Shown here piece by piece: positions 38,901 through 51,179 of a stretch of DNA of 64,000 bases. The translations under genes were made by a program, and so were the position numbers. Position 1 is the stretch's first letter, and each line of letters begins with the position of its first letter. The stretch comes from Lama guanicoe (taxonomy: Eukaryota), in NCBI GenBank assembly GCA_013239625.1, contig MU053810.1, positions 5,612,071-5,676,070 of the forward strand, read 5' to 3'. The notes below the pieces were generated by a model. That model was not told the origin of the DNA and did not search any database. It saw only the letters and a list, made by a program, of their open reading frames with translations.

Positions 38901-41900
38901 TGTTTTCCTTTGCTCTCAGATACTTGAGGAGATTACCACATACATTCTTCTTGGAATTCTCATTTTAGCTGTAGTGTTTAGTCTAGGGTGCAAGTGGAGG
39001 TCGGACAGATATAGGCTATTCTAAATACTTCCCTGTGCTCTATAACCATAAAGGATATTCTAGTTTAAACAGTTGTCAATGATTAGCCATTTCAACATTG
39101 TGTTTCATTTTCAGATTTCCCAGTGAGCCGTATGAAGGGGCATGAAACTGAAAGGTCCTTTCAAGTTTAGCAGAGATTGGGAGCAACTCTTTCTGTGGTT
39201 GGGGCTGGGCCTGGCCACGTTCCTGGGTTGGTTGATGAGTCTGTGAATTTCTGGCTTGCCTTATCTTATGTTAACTCTCATAAAGTATCTTCTACATCTT
39301 TGCTCCTGTTTATCCTTACTGGGATTATCTGTTGGATTTGGATAACCAGAACGCTGACTAGCTATGTGGAGGGGACCCTGCCTGCAGGTTATGCAGCATT
39401 AAGGCTCTCTGTTGCCTGATTTTTCTTTTTCCCTGGATTAGACAGGTATCTCCTGCCACCTTTCTGGCTTCTTGGAAAAAAATAAGTGAAATATTCAGTG
39501 TTTCCAGGAGCAGGACTTTTTACTGCCCAAAGACTTAGGGTTCCATTGAGAGGCTCCCTTTCATTCAGCAGCCCGTGCTCTCTGGTCTGAAATGGTCCTC
39601 ATCTCTGTCCCACCAGCCCTCCCTGTCTCCTCACTCATCACCCAAACAACTTGTCCTGGCTTCTTACAGCCTTTATCAGACCATTTTGGGTTATGTGTTT
39701 CTCTTCCCCGACATGTAACTAGGGAGCAACTTGGACTAAGACTTAATAATTTGGCTCCTTGGTAAAGGTGTAATATTTGTGGACTGAATGAATCACATGA
39801 TCTGCCGAGCGATAAGAAATGTGTGAATGGAACCCTAAGCCTTTGGATGTAATCACGTTTTGCCACCTGCATCTTAAAACTTAACTATTGTCTTGGTAAA
39901 GTTCCCCCACCTCTAATGCTGCTGCACAAGGTATGGGATGGAACCAGGACTCACATCTGAGCAGAAGAGGTCTTTGCATGAGAAAGAGGTCCCTCTTCAT
40001 AATAATAATAGATGTGATGAATATTAGTTGACATGGGTGAAATAAAGAAATCTTCACAGATATCCAAGAAAAGGCTAGGTAATCCTTCAGTAATGACAAA
40101 ATTAAAGTCTGTCCAGTTTACTAAATGGTTAGCCTCAGTTTTGTAAACCATAAAAGTCACAATTCTCCGATTATTATATCAGAAGAGCAAGAAATGTTTC
40201 TGAATGCTTGTAATCTGTATGTTGACTAAGGACCCTACAGTGGATTTCAAAGGACTTTATTTAGACTATGTGTGAACTTAATATATGTTAGTTAATAAAA
40301 CTGAATGGTCTTTAATGTGTTAAAAAAAATCGGGTTTTTTTTTTTAATTACTGGGCTATAAAGTATATATGTCTTTACCTTTCCTAGATAAATGGCAGTC
40401 AGTGTTTAAAGTGATTGTCTTAACTTACGCTCATACCATCGTGGTAAGAGAGTTCCTTTTGTCCCACATTCTCTACAACATTTAAAATCATCAGATTTAA
40501 TTTTATTGGCCAATCTAGCAGGTGCAAAATTAAAAATCTCATGGTGGCGTTACTTGTACTTCCATGATTACTTAGAAAATGGAACACTTGAAATATAATT
40601 ATTGACCTCTGTTTTCTAGTTCTGTGAAATGGCTGTGCATAGCTTTGGACTAACTTTCCATCAAGTTGTCTTTTTCTATTAATTTATTGGAGTACTTTTT
40701 ATAGTTGGTATCTGATTATTTTATTGGTTATTCATGTTGCTGAAAGGTTTTGGCATAGAGCCGTGCTTCCTGCATTTCTGCAGCATTCATAATTTTAATC
40801 AGCGAAGATTTATCCATCCTTTCTGCCATTGTGCTTCTGGATCTTGTTTAAGAAATTCTTCCCTACCTTGAGCTCCTGAAGAATTCTTCTAACTTTATTT
40901 CTAACAGCTTTTAAATTTTGTCTTTTCATATTTAATTCCTTAGTCTCTCTGAAAGTAATTTTTGTATATGGAGGCAGACAGGGATCTAATTTTGTTGAAG
41001 ATACCTATTTGTTCCAGAACTATCTATTGAATAGCTTCTCCTCTCCCTGCTGGTCTGAAATGCCTGCTCAGTCACAAATCAGCTTTCAATATATGAGTTG
41101 GTCTGTTTCTGGGCTCCTTTTTCTGTGTCAGTGCCATACTACTTAATTACTATAGTGTTAAAATAAATTTTGGACATGTCAACCCACTATATTCTCCAGG
41201 ACAGAATTGGCTGTTCTTGGATCTTTCTCCTCTATATTAATTTTAGATAACATGTATGAAGTTCAACATAAAAAAACAAAAGAAAAAAATACAAATATAC
41301 CCAGCTGAGATTTGAGATTGCATTTAAGTTTGTAGATTAATTTGGGGGGGGGGGGGGTGGGAGGGCACCTTTATCTCTCCATTAATTCAGTTCTTGAATG
41401 TTTCATAATTTTGTCCATAAAGGTCCTGCTTACTTTTTATATTTGTTCCTATGTATCTTATTTTTTTAGTTACTATAAATCTGGTACAGTTTCTCTGTCT
41501 TACTTTTTCCCTTACTCTTTCTCTCAAGTTATAGTTTCTGTTTGCGAATGTGTGGAAATGTATTTGGCTTTGAATGAAAGTCTTTATATTCATCAGTCTT
41601 TCTAAGCAATTAATAAATGCTAATAAATTTTCTGTAGAATCTTGGGTTTTTCTATCAGACATAGATAGGACATTCTTACCATAAGAATGATGAAAATTCT
41701 GTTTCTTCTTCTCCAGTCCTTTTAACTTTTTAATTTGTTCTCACCTTACTGCACTGACTGGAATCTCCACTGCAGTGTTGGTTATACATGGTAATAGTAG
41801 GCATCCTGGTCTTTGTGAGTTTGTAAGGAGAACGCTTTTGTTTCTACTTCCGTATAATATTTGATGTGGGTTTTCTATACACAGATTTTATCCTGTTAAG

Positions 41901-41906
41901 GAAGTT

Positions 41907-42752
41907 TTTTCTTTTCTTTTTTCTTTTTTATTCTTTTTTTTTCTTTTTTTCTTTTTTTTGCCGGTAGGAACTTAGAACTTTATATGAGAAAAACAGAAAG
42001 TAAACATATCAAAAGAGCGTAGAGGCTTGGAGAGTGGGGATGGTGAAGGATGGCTACTGTGGGGTAGGCAGCTGGGCTAAGGCCTTTACTTGGCTCCAGG
42101 CTGTTCGGACTTGCCAGTTTCTGGGCCCCCAAGCTGGACACGGGCTTCGAAGGTGACAGGGATGGTGATCTCCGCCGACTGGGTGGCTGGCTTGGGCAAC
42201 GGGGCCTCCACGGTGAGCGTGCCCTCAGAGGACAGGGAGGAGAAGTCCAGGGGTCCAGGGGTCCACACCGGAGGGCAGCGTGTATTTCCGAGTGAAAAGC
42301 ACCTGGAAATGAAGCCGTGCTCGTCCTGTCGCTATTCGTGCTTGCCAGTGAGCTCCACCACGCCGTCCTTGGTCTTGACCGTGAGCCCCTTCGGGGCGAA
42401 GTGGTTGACGTCCAGGGACACGAGCCCGCGGTCGGCCGGCCGTCTGCTGGATCTGCGAGGCGCCGCTGCTGAGCTGCCGGCTGAGCGCGCGGCTGTAGGC
42501 GGGGCCCTCGATGGCCGCGGGGTGCAGCGCGCGCTCGGAGCCCGGCCAGCCGCTGCGGCTCAGCCCCTGCGACCACTCCCCCGGCAGCCGGAGCAGCCCG
42601 AAGGCCTGCTCGAGGAGGCGGCTGTGGGCCGGGTACCAGTCCCGGAAGGGGTCCCAGCTGGGGCTCCGCAGGAGCGAGACGGGTGCGCGGCGCTCGGCCG
42701 TGCTGGCTCGGCGGGATGCGTCTGGCTGAGGCTCCGGGAAGCAGAGAAGTGT
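41907..42752 (-). pseudogene. HSPB1: HSPB1 (HSP27) processed pseudogene, full length with 5' UTR, 3' UTR and poly(A)
   Basis: The - strand reads (T)[28 protein letters not shown]...[10 protein letters not shown]...[10 protein letters not shown]...[28 protein letters not shown] over 42701-42086 with no introns. Lesions: start ATG>ACG (42701-42699), GGCC duplication (42434-42441), in-frame TAG (42332-42334), +2 nt near 42295, TGGACCCC duplication near 42246-42266. Poly(A) remnant 41907-41959, TATAAA signal 41979-41984, TSD AGGAAGTT at 41899-41906 and 42753-42760. Confidence 0.97.
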
Positions 42753-43558
42753 AGGAAGTTCTATTTCTAGTTTGTTGGCTTTTTTAAAAAATCATGAGTT
42801 GATAGTGAATTGTATCAAATGCCCCTTTTTGCATCTTTTCAGGTAATCATATGATCTTTTTTCTTTAAATTTTTCATTGTAGTAAATTGTATTAATAGGT
42901 TTTCTACATGAAACTGACTGCATACTTGGATAAACAACATTTTCACAATATTCTGCCCATTTTAATATTTTGCTGGATTTATCTTTTCAAGGGGTGTGTG
43001 TGTATTTTTTGTATGTGTGGTTGCAAGGGAAACTAGCCTCTGATTTTCCCTGTTTTGTACTGTTATTATCTGATTTGAGATTGAAGTTTGTTACCCTAAT
43101 GAAATTGGGTTTTTTTTTTTTAAATTTCTCTCCCCCTGGAAGCATTTATGTTATATTTTGATTATTTCTTCCCTGAATATTTTCAATAACTCAGTGGGAA
43201 AATTCCTAAACATGCTGTGGTTTTTGTTTTTTGATGGGAAGATTTTTTAAACTCTTGATTCAAATTTTTTGATTATTATAGAATATCTTTCTAATGAAAA
43301 TTAATCTGTCTTTTCTTAAAAAAACTTATTCTTTTTCCTCATTATATTGTCAGATATTTTAATCATCAACATCTTCATAATATTCTCATCTCATTTATCT
43401 TTGTAGTATCTATAGTAACATTTTCTTTTTTCTTCCAATTTTTTACTTGATTAATTTTACTAGTATTTATCTGATTACCATTTTCCAAGAATAAAATTTA
43501 GTTTCTGATTTCATTAACTTCTTCCTTTTGAAAAAAAGTTTCCTTGTAATTTCTTTTT

Positions 43559-43647
43559 TTTTTTTTTTAAAGGTTAAGTGAGGATTTATTAAAGGATAGA
43601 TAGTACACTCTCAGGGGAGAGCGGGCAGGCTCAGGTGAACGGCTGCC
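43559..43647 (-). mobile_element. Short polyadenylated retroposed insert, LTR R-region-like
   Basis: 79-nt body plus poly(A); AATAAA at 43585-43590; TSD tccttgtaatttcttttt at 43541-43558 and 43648-43665. Confidence 0.85.
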
Positions 43648-44005
43648 TCCTTGTAATTTCTTTTTCTGTTTTTCATTCAAGTGAGGCACTTATTTCATTA
43701 TTTCTCATACTCTTAATCATCTATGTTTTTACATTTCTTTTTAAGGATTATGTTTTCTGCATTACACAAATGGTGATATGTAGCATTTCATTATTGTTCA
43801 ATTCTAAGTATTTTCATTTTGATTTCTTATTTGGAGATGAGAGTTTTTTAGAAATATCCTAATTCCCAAGTGTATACACATTATCTTACTGTTGTCCTTT
43901 CTCTGTCCTTTGATTTTAGGTTTGTCTGTTTCAAATGGGACATGGCTCAGTGTTTTTTGTCTCGTTCAACATGACATTTTTTGTCCTTTCAAAACATAGC
44001 AATTA

Positions 44006-44094
44006 GAAACATTATGCTGTACACCAGAAATTGACACAACATTGTAAACAACTATACTTCAATTTTTTTAAAAGACATGGAAAAATTTTTTAAT
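44006..44094 (+). mobile_element. Extremely 5'-truncated young L1 3' end
   Basis: gaaacattatgctgtacaccagaaattgacacaacattgtaaacaactatacttcaat is nearly identical to the end of the 10690 copy; TSD at 43991-44005 and 44095-44109. Confidence 0.9.
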
Positions 44095-47000
44095 AAAATG
44101 TAGCAATTAATCTTCTTACATTGATTGAGATTATACATATTTGTACTTATTTTGCACTACAACCTTTACTTTGTACTTTTAATATGTTCCAGTTTCTTTC
44201 TTTCTTTCTTTCTTTTTTTAATATCTCCCATCTCAGTATTTTTTCTTTCTTTTGGAATGATTGAATTTCTTTTTTAAGTCTGTTTTTACTCCTTACTAGT
44301 TTGGAAGTTATACATTATAGGTCTGTGTTTTAGTGACTACCTTGGAAATTTCAGCATGAATTCTTAATCTAAAGTTAATCAGTAATTTAAGCCTCCTTTT
44401 GGTCAGTATAAGGACTGTAGAACATTTAAGCCTGATAACTCCTTCCTGACGTATTTTTGCTGGTCATTTTTTTTCTTTTAAAAACAAATCTATATCTGTT
44501 TTCACTTATTCATTTCATTACTCCTGCCTTTGCTCATTATTTCTTTCAGACATCAGGAGTTCTTTCTGGTACCATTGTTATTCCTGAAGTTTATCATTTC
44601 GAAGTTTCTTTCATGGGAGCATTCTTGATGGAGAATTCTTTGTTTGTCTGAAAGAAAAAAAAAACTCATTTATGAAAGACAGTTTTGCTTGAAAACAATT
44701 TTAAGTTGATATATTTCCTAGCACTTAGATGATGATATTTTATCATCTTTTGACTTCTGGCTATTGAGTTGGTTCTCAGGGTGAACATAAATTCTTTGTA
44801 CGCACTCTCTCTCTGCTAGCTCTCAGATCTTCTCTCTGTCTTCGGTGTTCTGCGGTTTCACTATTCTCTGTCAAGGTGCCGAGTTTTTATTTTTTTTTTT
44901 TTTTTTTTTTTTTTTGTAATTATGATTGGGTTTCACTGCATCTCTACATCTGAGGACTTGAGTATTCTGCCAACACTGGAAAATTCTCAACCATTATCTC
45001 AGAAAAGTTAAATAATAATAATAATAATGAACCCAGTTTTGTTAGCAGTTCTTTGGTGGAAAAGTTGTTCAAAATATTCAGTGTGCCTCATTGCCAGACT
45101 TGGGAGAAATGCTACCTTATTGTATCTGAATTTTGATAAAATTTCCTATTTATTTTATAATTTACCTACCTAGTTAAACAGAAAATCAAGAATATATTTT
45201 AAAAGGATTATATTGCCCAAAATAATAGGGAAAAAGAAACTGTTTCTTAAGTAGGTTGGATCTAATCGGAACAGATATCAAGCCTGCTTGATAATAAGAC
45301 AGAGGGAGACTAAGTGCATACACCTGTCGCAGTGCTTCATGGTCACGCAGGATATTTGCATGTTGTTTTTCAGTGATGTGTGGACGGAAGGGAAGTGAGA
45401 GAGGCTTTTTTTCTCCCAATCCTCTTTGACTAAAATTATACAGAAGGATTTGTGTTTTTTGTGTATTTTGTGTGTGTGTGTGTGTGGTTTTGGGGTTTTT
45501 TGTTTTGTTTTTAGTGGTTGCTGGTCAGCTTCCAAAAGTATTTAGAGTTCAGTGTCTCAACAGGGACTGGGTATTAGGAAATGTTGTGATTTGTGATTTG
45601 CATTGTTGAGACATGTTTCCAAAGAGAAATGACTGAGAAGAGATGTGATTCTGATCTGTCAGTGAGCTGGGAAAAGTGTGCTTAGTACATATGGATTCAA
45701 TTCCTCTTTATCCCCATGTGTTTATAAACACTTTTGTGTTTATACATTTGTATTTCAGGTCAACCCAATGGAGAATTTAAGTCGATAATCTCTTAATCAT
45801 TTATATTTAGGTTTGGTCAGATGCTCGTACATTTATGTTTATACATAGATGTGTCCTTTTCTGAGATTTTGTATATTTTTCACAACACACAGTAACTGTC
45901 CGGTTTGCCTTCCCATCCATTTACATTTATTTGTGGGGAACAGAAGGAATCTCTTTTTCTCCTGAAGCCTACAGCAGGCCCTGAGCTCTTCTGATAAACT
46001 TCTCAGCACTGCCTAAAAAACTTGTGTTGCCTTTTCCTATGGTTACTGCTTCTAAGACCAAATATATTCTATTTAAATCGAGAAAGTACTTCAGAGGAGT
46101 TAGTGAAAATGTCAACTTAAACACGGGCTTTTCTTCTGATAAACCATGATATACCAAATAAAGAGCTAACCATGTTTTCTCCCTTTGCATAAAAGCCTTA
46201 CATACAAATAGCAATATCTTGCTCCTTGAAAAAGCAAAAGTATCAAGGAAATTACCTGAGATGAAATGACTATTCATGCAACTAATAAAGGTCAAGAAAT
46301 AAAATGGATTAAGCCCCAAGGATATTTTTGCTAACCCCATAGCATCTCCTTCCTACAAACATGTATCTGTCATGAGGCCATTATTTATCTTTTTAAGGGA
46401 GAATAGATTCATTTTACAAATAGTGATGTGATGCTAAGCCTCGTGAAAAAATGAAAACTCTTTTTAATCATCTAAAATGTCAAGCTACTCACTAAGACTT
46501 TCCCTTGACTCCGAAACTAGCCAGTTGGAACAAAAATACCACATATATTCTATTTGAAGTAAGATTTAAAATTTTAAGTAAGGCACTGAGCATATTTGTC
46601 ACTCCCAGAAGTCTCCTCTGTCTCCTTTGTCTTCCTTTTTTCTTTTGCCCCTCCTGATAACCTGACACATTCATTATCTTGATTGTGGTTGTTGCATAAA
46701 GTTAAAACTTAGCAAATTGCACTGTGTATGTGTAATTATACACTATTCAGGCCTCAGGACAACTGTTAAAAGCAAAACTATAAAACTAAGTTTTCAAAAG
46801 CAACATTTCAGAAGTCTCTCAGAAGAAGAAATTCATTGGTGGTATATTTCAAAAGCAACAGGGAATGCAGCCAAAATAGGTGTTTTAACCCCACTGAGAA
46901 AAAAGACAGATGACCTGCGTCAGTTCCTAATTTACTGTCCAAACACTTCTTCCCTTTGGGCTACTTGATGCTGTTCTTGTTATTTTTGACCCAACTAGAA

Positions 47001-48353
47001 TGTTAACTGTTTAGGTAATACTATTTATTCATTAAAATATAAATATATATGCAAACACACACATATGTGTGTATGTGCCTGCGTATGTGTGTATGTGCCT
47101 GTGTATGTGTATGTGTGTTTATTTGAGAGCCTATTTGTTACTAGGCAATGTGCAGTGCTGCAGATAAATACAAAGATGGTCAAGATAGGATATTTCATGC
47201 AAGGGGGCCAGCATGCTTCCAAGAGCAGAAGGGAGGAAGATTTGTTTTAGTAACAGCAAGCAGTTTAGTATAACTGGATTAGAGACCCCAGTGACCAATA
47301 TCTATTTTGTAAAGTTACCCAACATTTTTCATAACTCAGTTTAGTAGAAACCAGGTGATGAATTAAGCATCAAAGCCTTCACTATGCAGATTTCTCTTGG
47401 TAGTATCCTCATGCTGACCAAGACCAAGCTTGTTTAAAAAAAAAAAAGCTATTGTTTCTGCAACTCAGCAGCTTTGTTTGAATTCAGCTGGTTTATCAGA
47501 AAATGGGTCAAGAGTGGTAAGAATGTCTAAAAATCTGTGTATGGTGATGCTGGCTGGTATTCAGAAGCAAAGAAAAGCCTTTTCTTGTGCAAATGACAGG
47601 TGTAATCAGATGATGGGCTGTGAGTGATAATTGGGGTTAAACTTTTAGACATATATAAACATGATGCACTAGGAAGAATAAATTTGTTAAGGCAAATTTG
47701 AAACGTTCTAGCCTTGATTTTTTTTCTGCCCCCATAATCAAAACTGTTGTCTTTAATCATATGTTTGTTTTTTTAGTTGCATGGAACAAGTGGGGAAATA
47801 AATAAATATTGTGTTATAACAAACTGTATTACCATATTTATATCCATTTCACCAGGAACTATGGTAGAGTTGCCTGTAAAGCTTCTCGGTTAATTCTGAG
47901 CTTTTTCTGAAAGGCCTATAGCATGTTTAATACAGAATAACCATTTGGAAACAGAGAACACTGAGAGGGTGGGCCATCAACTTGAATGGGAAATGGTTTC
48001 AGGGAGGTTCTTCTAATCCAAGATTTCCTACATGGTATGATTTTTTAAGATTTATTGAAAGTGAATTCATGGTATCTTGTATTGAGCACCATCAGTTCAA
48101 TCTTGTCATGGTTTGATCAAGCAAACAAAAACCACTTTGAATATTTCATGGAGGGGAAAAATGAATACAGGGAATCAGAAGTTGACAAAATGTAAAAGGA
48201 CTGAAGAAATGAGGTCAGAGAAAGCTACAAGTTCTCAGGTGTGCCTGTAACTTTGGAGGGGATTAAGAAGTTGCTGAAGTTACAGAAAATCACCGCTGAT
48301 CATCGCAGCTGCCCGAGGCACCAAGAGGGTGGTCTCAGGAGTTAGCCCCAGAA

Positions 48354-48716
48354 CAGCATTCCTCAGACTCCTTGGTCTCCTGACTCCCTTATGCTCTTAA
48401 AATATAATTGTGCACCTCAGAGAACTTTTGTTTACATAGGTGACATCTACTGATACCCATTGCATTAGAAACTAAAAGAAACATTTAAACCACAGGAATA
48501 CACAGGTACATTCCATTCCCTGAGCCATCAGAGCCATGAAGTCATCCCTGCTTATGTAACCTCTGGAAAATTCCACTGTACAGTCAGGAGAGAATGAAAG
48601 TGTGAAAAGGCAAATACTGTCTTAGTGTGATTAGGAAAATAGTTTTGACCTGTGGACTCCCCAGGAGGGTCTCAGGGACTTCTGGGGTTCCTGAACCACA
48701 CTTTGTGAACTTCAGG
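48354..48716. mobile_element. Non-autonomous hAT-Charlie element (Charlie1/MER119-like)
   Basis: cagcattcctcagactccttggtctc...cagagaacttttgtttac...accacactttgtgaac termini. Confidence 0.7.
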
Positions 48717-50699
48717 CCTGTTTTACCGGAAGCTCTCTTGACTACTGATGGTAGAGCAGTAATACGGTTTCTCTCTTGCCTTCTACATCTCACACAAGTG
48801 CCTTTCATTGGGGAGATCCAACCAGGTTCCTTGCTGGCAGGAGTTCTGTAAATAAAATTACCAGGTGTCCATGTCCTTTGATCTATAGAATAGTATGGGT
48901 AAAGTCATAGAGCTGACTTGGCAATAGAGATGCCAACACAACATTTTGTTTAAAAACCATGAAAATCCACCTGATTTGACACTAAAGCATCTGCGTGGAG
49001 GAGTAGGGTCCTTGTTTTTTTCTTCCTAAAGCCCTTCTCAGTTAGCATCCCTTTGCCTCAGTCTTTGAGGGAAAGAAAGCTAAGAAAAACCACCAGATAG
49101 ATTTTTGACTACTTCCCCCCAAATTTTTCAATAGATTTACCTATCCTGAAATTTGGGGTTTTAGTGGGTACATATACGTACATGTGATGCCAACACATGT
49201 CAAAATTATCGAGATTCTACTTGGAGCCCAACAAATTCTGGTCCTGTTTGGAGAACCCATAGCATCAGTGAGCCCAGAACACTAGCCCTAGTCACGTGGA
49301 TCAGGCCTTGCGAGTAGGATAACTTTTTTTAAGCACCATAAAAATCTAGAGTGTTTTTAGATAATTTTTAGAGAATCAATAAGGTTAATAAAAAAAGAGT
49401 ATTTCAGAATAAAAATGAATATTGAAGTGTTTTAAAAAGAATTCAGTTAGATATTTATTACCTTGAAAATTCTTAAGCCAGGTTCACTAAGAGTAAGACA
49501 AAGATAGTGAGTTAATTTAAATTTTATGTGCATTAATGGTTAGTTGACCAATAAAAAGAGTTTTGCCCTCTTTGACAGAGAGGCTTACAATATCTGTTTA
49601 ATTTCAAATTTGAACAAATCTTAGAAGCCATTTCAAGCACGCTTTGCTAAGCCAGCAATTGTGGCAGTTAAGTATAAATCTGAAACTTCTGGAATAATTT
49701 ATTCACAGTGAACAAAGCAGAGACTAATTAATAAATGAATAAAAACTAATCACCGAATCAGAAAAGTACTGTTTCCTCTCTGTTAATCATTACCACACTC
49801 CTCTTGCCTGGCACCTACCAGTAAATAAAAATTAGAACGTGTTTTGTGGGTAAAAATTGGTCCTTGAGAGGGCTCCTTACACCTTATAGATGTGTGAATT
49901 AATTCTCTCTGACATACGTGGCTTTATAATCAGAAGTACTATTGCTTGTGAAGTATATTTGGTATTTTTTTAAACACAAAGGCACCTAACAAAACATTCA
50001 GAGATTCTTCTATATACAAAACATAGCTAGGTTCCCACTCCATGTAAATGCCGAAACCAAATGAGCTTATACAATGGAGCAAAAATAACTCGTGTTTATT
50101 TTTTCCGCGTGCACTTAGAGAATATGCAAAAATGAATGTTCAGGAATATAAATTTCCCAAAGATTATCCCATGTGCCTGGATGGGAGATGAAACTTCTTC
50201 CCAGAAAATTATTCCTCAGCAAAGAGACAGTCACCATATATTTGAACCGTTCTCCCTCCTGGTACAGGGAGCACATTCTCAATTACTTTATTTTCTGCAA
50301 CAATGGATTGTTTACTGAGGTTACATTGGCCTGAATCCATCTTATTTGGGGGTGTCACCAAAGTCACTTGATAAATTTGACTTAAAAATTGAAATGGAAA
50401 TTTAACATGTGTTTCTGGGAATATGACCTCACAATGGTAATTATGGGCGATGGTTGAACTGAAGGATTCCAAAAAGTATTGTTTCCCACAACTTGAATGG
50501 AAGTTTCCTCTGGAAAGAGGTTAGATGAGTCTGTGTCTCCACTGATGGCCGTGAAACAGGTGAAAAGTTTACAGAAAATTGTTTTATGAAATCTGAGTAA
50601 GGGCTTAGAAAGAGGACTATTTTTATGGTAGTATAATTATATGTATATAATGTGATATTTAAATAGTGTTATGTATAACTAAATTTTAAGTAGACATTT

Positions 50700-51095
50700 C
50701 TATTGGGACAAGTAATGCTATCTGCTGTAACAAACAAGCCTAGATATCTTATTGGTTAACCCAGTAAGGATTAATTTCTCATGTATGTCTCAGTCCAACA
50801 CCCAGTGAGTGGCTCTCCTCCAAGCACTGGCTTGGGCGTAAAGACTGTCTATTTCACAGTACTGCCATCTTTAACACATGGCCTCGAGACCTGCTATAAA
50901 GAAAGGGAAACAACACGGAAGACTACATGAGTTGCTTTGCTGCTGGGGTGGAAAATGGCAGGCATCAATGCCACCCATAATCCCCTGGCTAAAACTCAGT
51001 CACCTGGGCTCAACCTAACTGCAAGGAAGGCTCCAAATGTAGCTGTTCATATCTGGAGGAAGAAAGCGGGGCTTAGGGACCACCTAGTCTCTGTT
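50700..51095. mobile_element. Old MaLR LTR (MLT1J-L-like)
   Basis: gctgtaacaaacaagcc...gggtggaaaatggca...aactcagtcacctggg...cctaactgcaaggaaggct. Confidence 0.6.
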
Positions 51096-51179
51096 GCAGC
51101 ATTTGACTGTCTTTTGTGACCCTAAGAGTTGGCCAGAAAAGTTTCAATTTGTCACTGGTAAGATGTGAGATCATCTTAC

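Larger units (their letters stand above)
40350..45000 (-). mobile_element. Large, highly decayed L1 (L1M/L1ME-like) hosting three younger insertions
   Basis: T-rich antisense L1 motifs across the region; the motif ...tttatcctgttaaggaagtt|ctatttctagtttg...atcatgag...tcaaatgc... is continuous once the HSPB1 copy is removed. Confidence 0.75.

Noticed and set aside
41980..42576. 198-aa - strand ORF
   Set aside because: Out-of-frame reading of the HSPB1 pseudogene.
42090..42770. 226-aa + strand ORF, the longest in the window
   Set aside because: Antisense shadow of the GC-rich HSPB1 pseudogene; non-ATG start and no recognisable protein.
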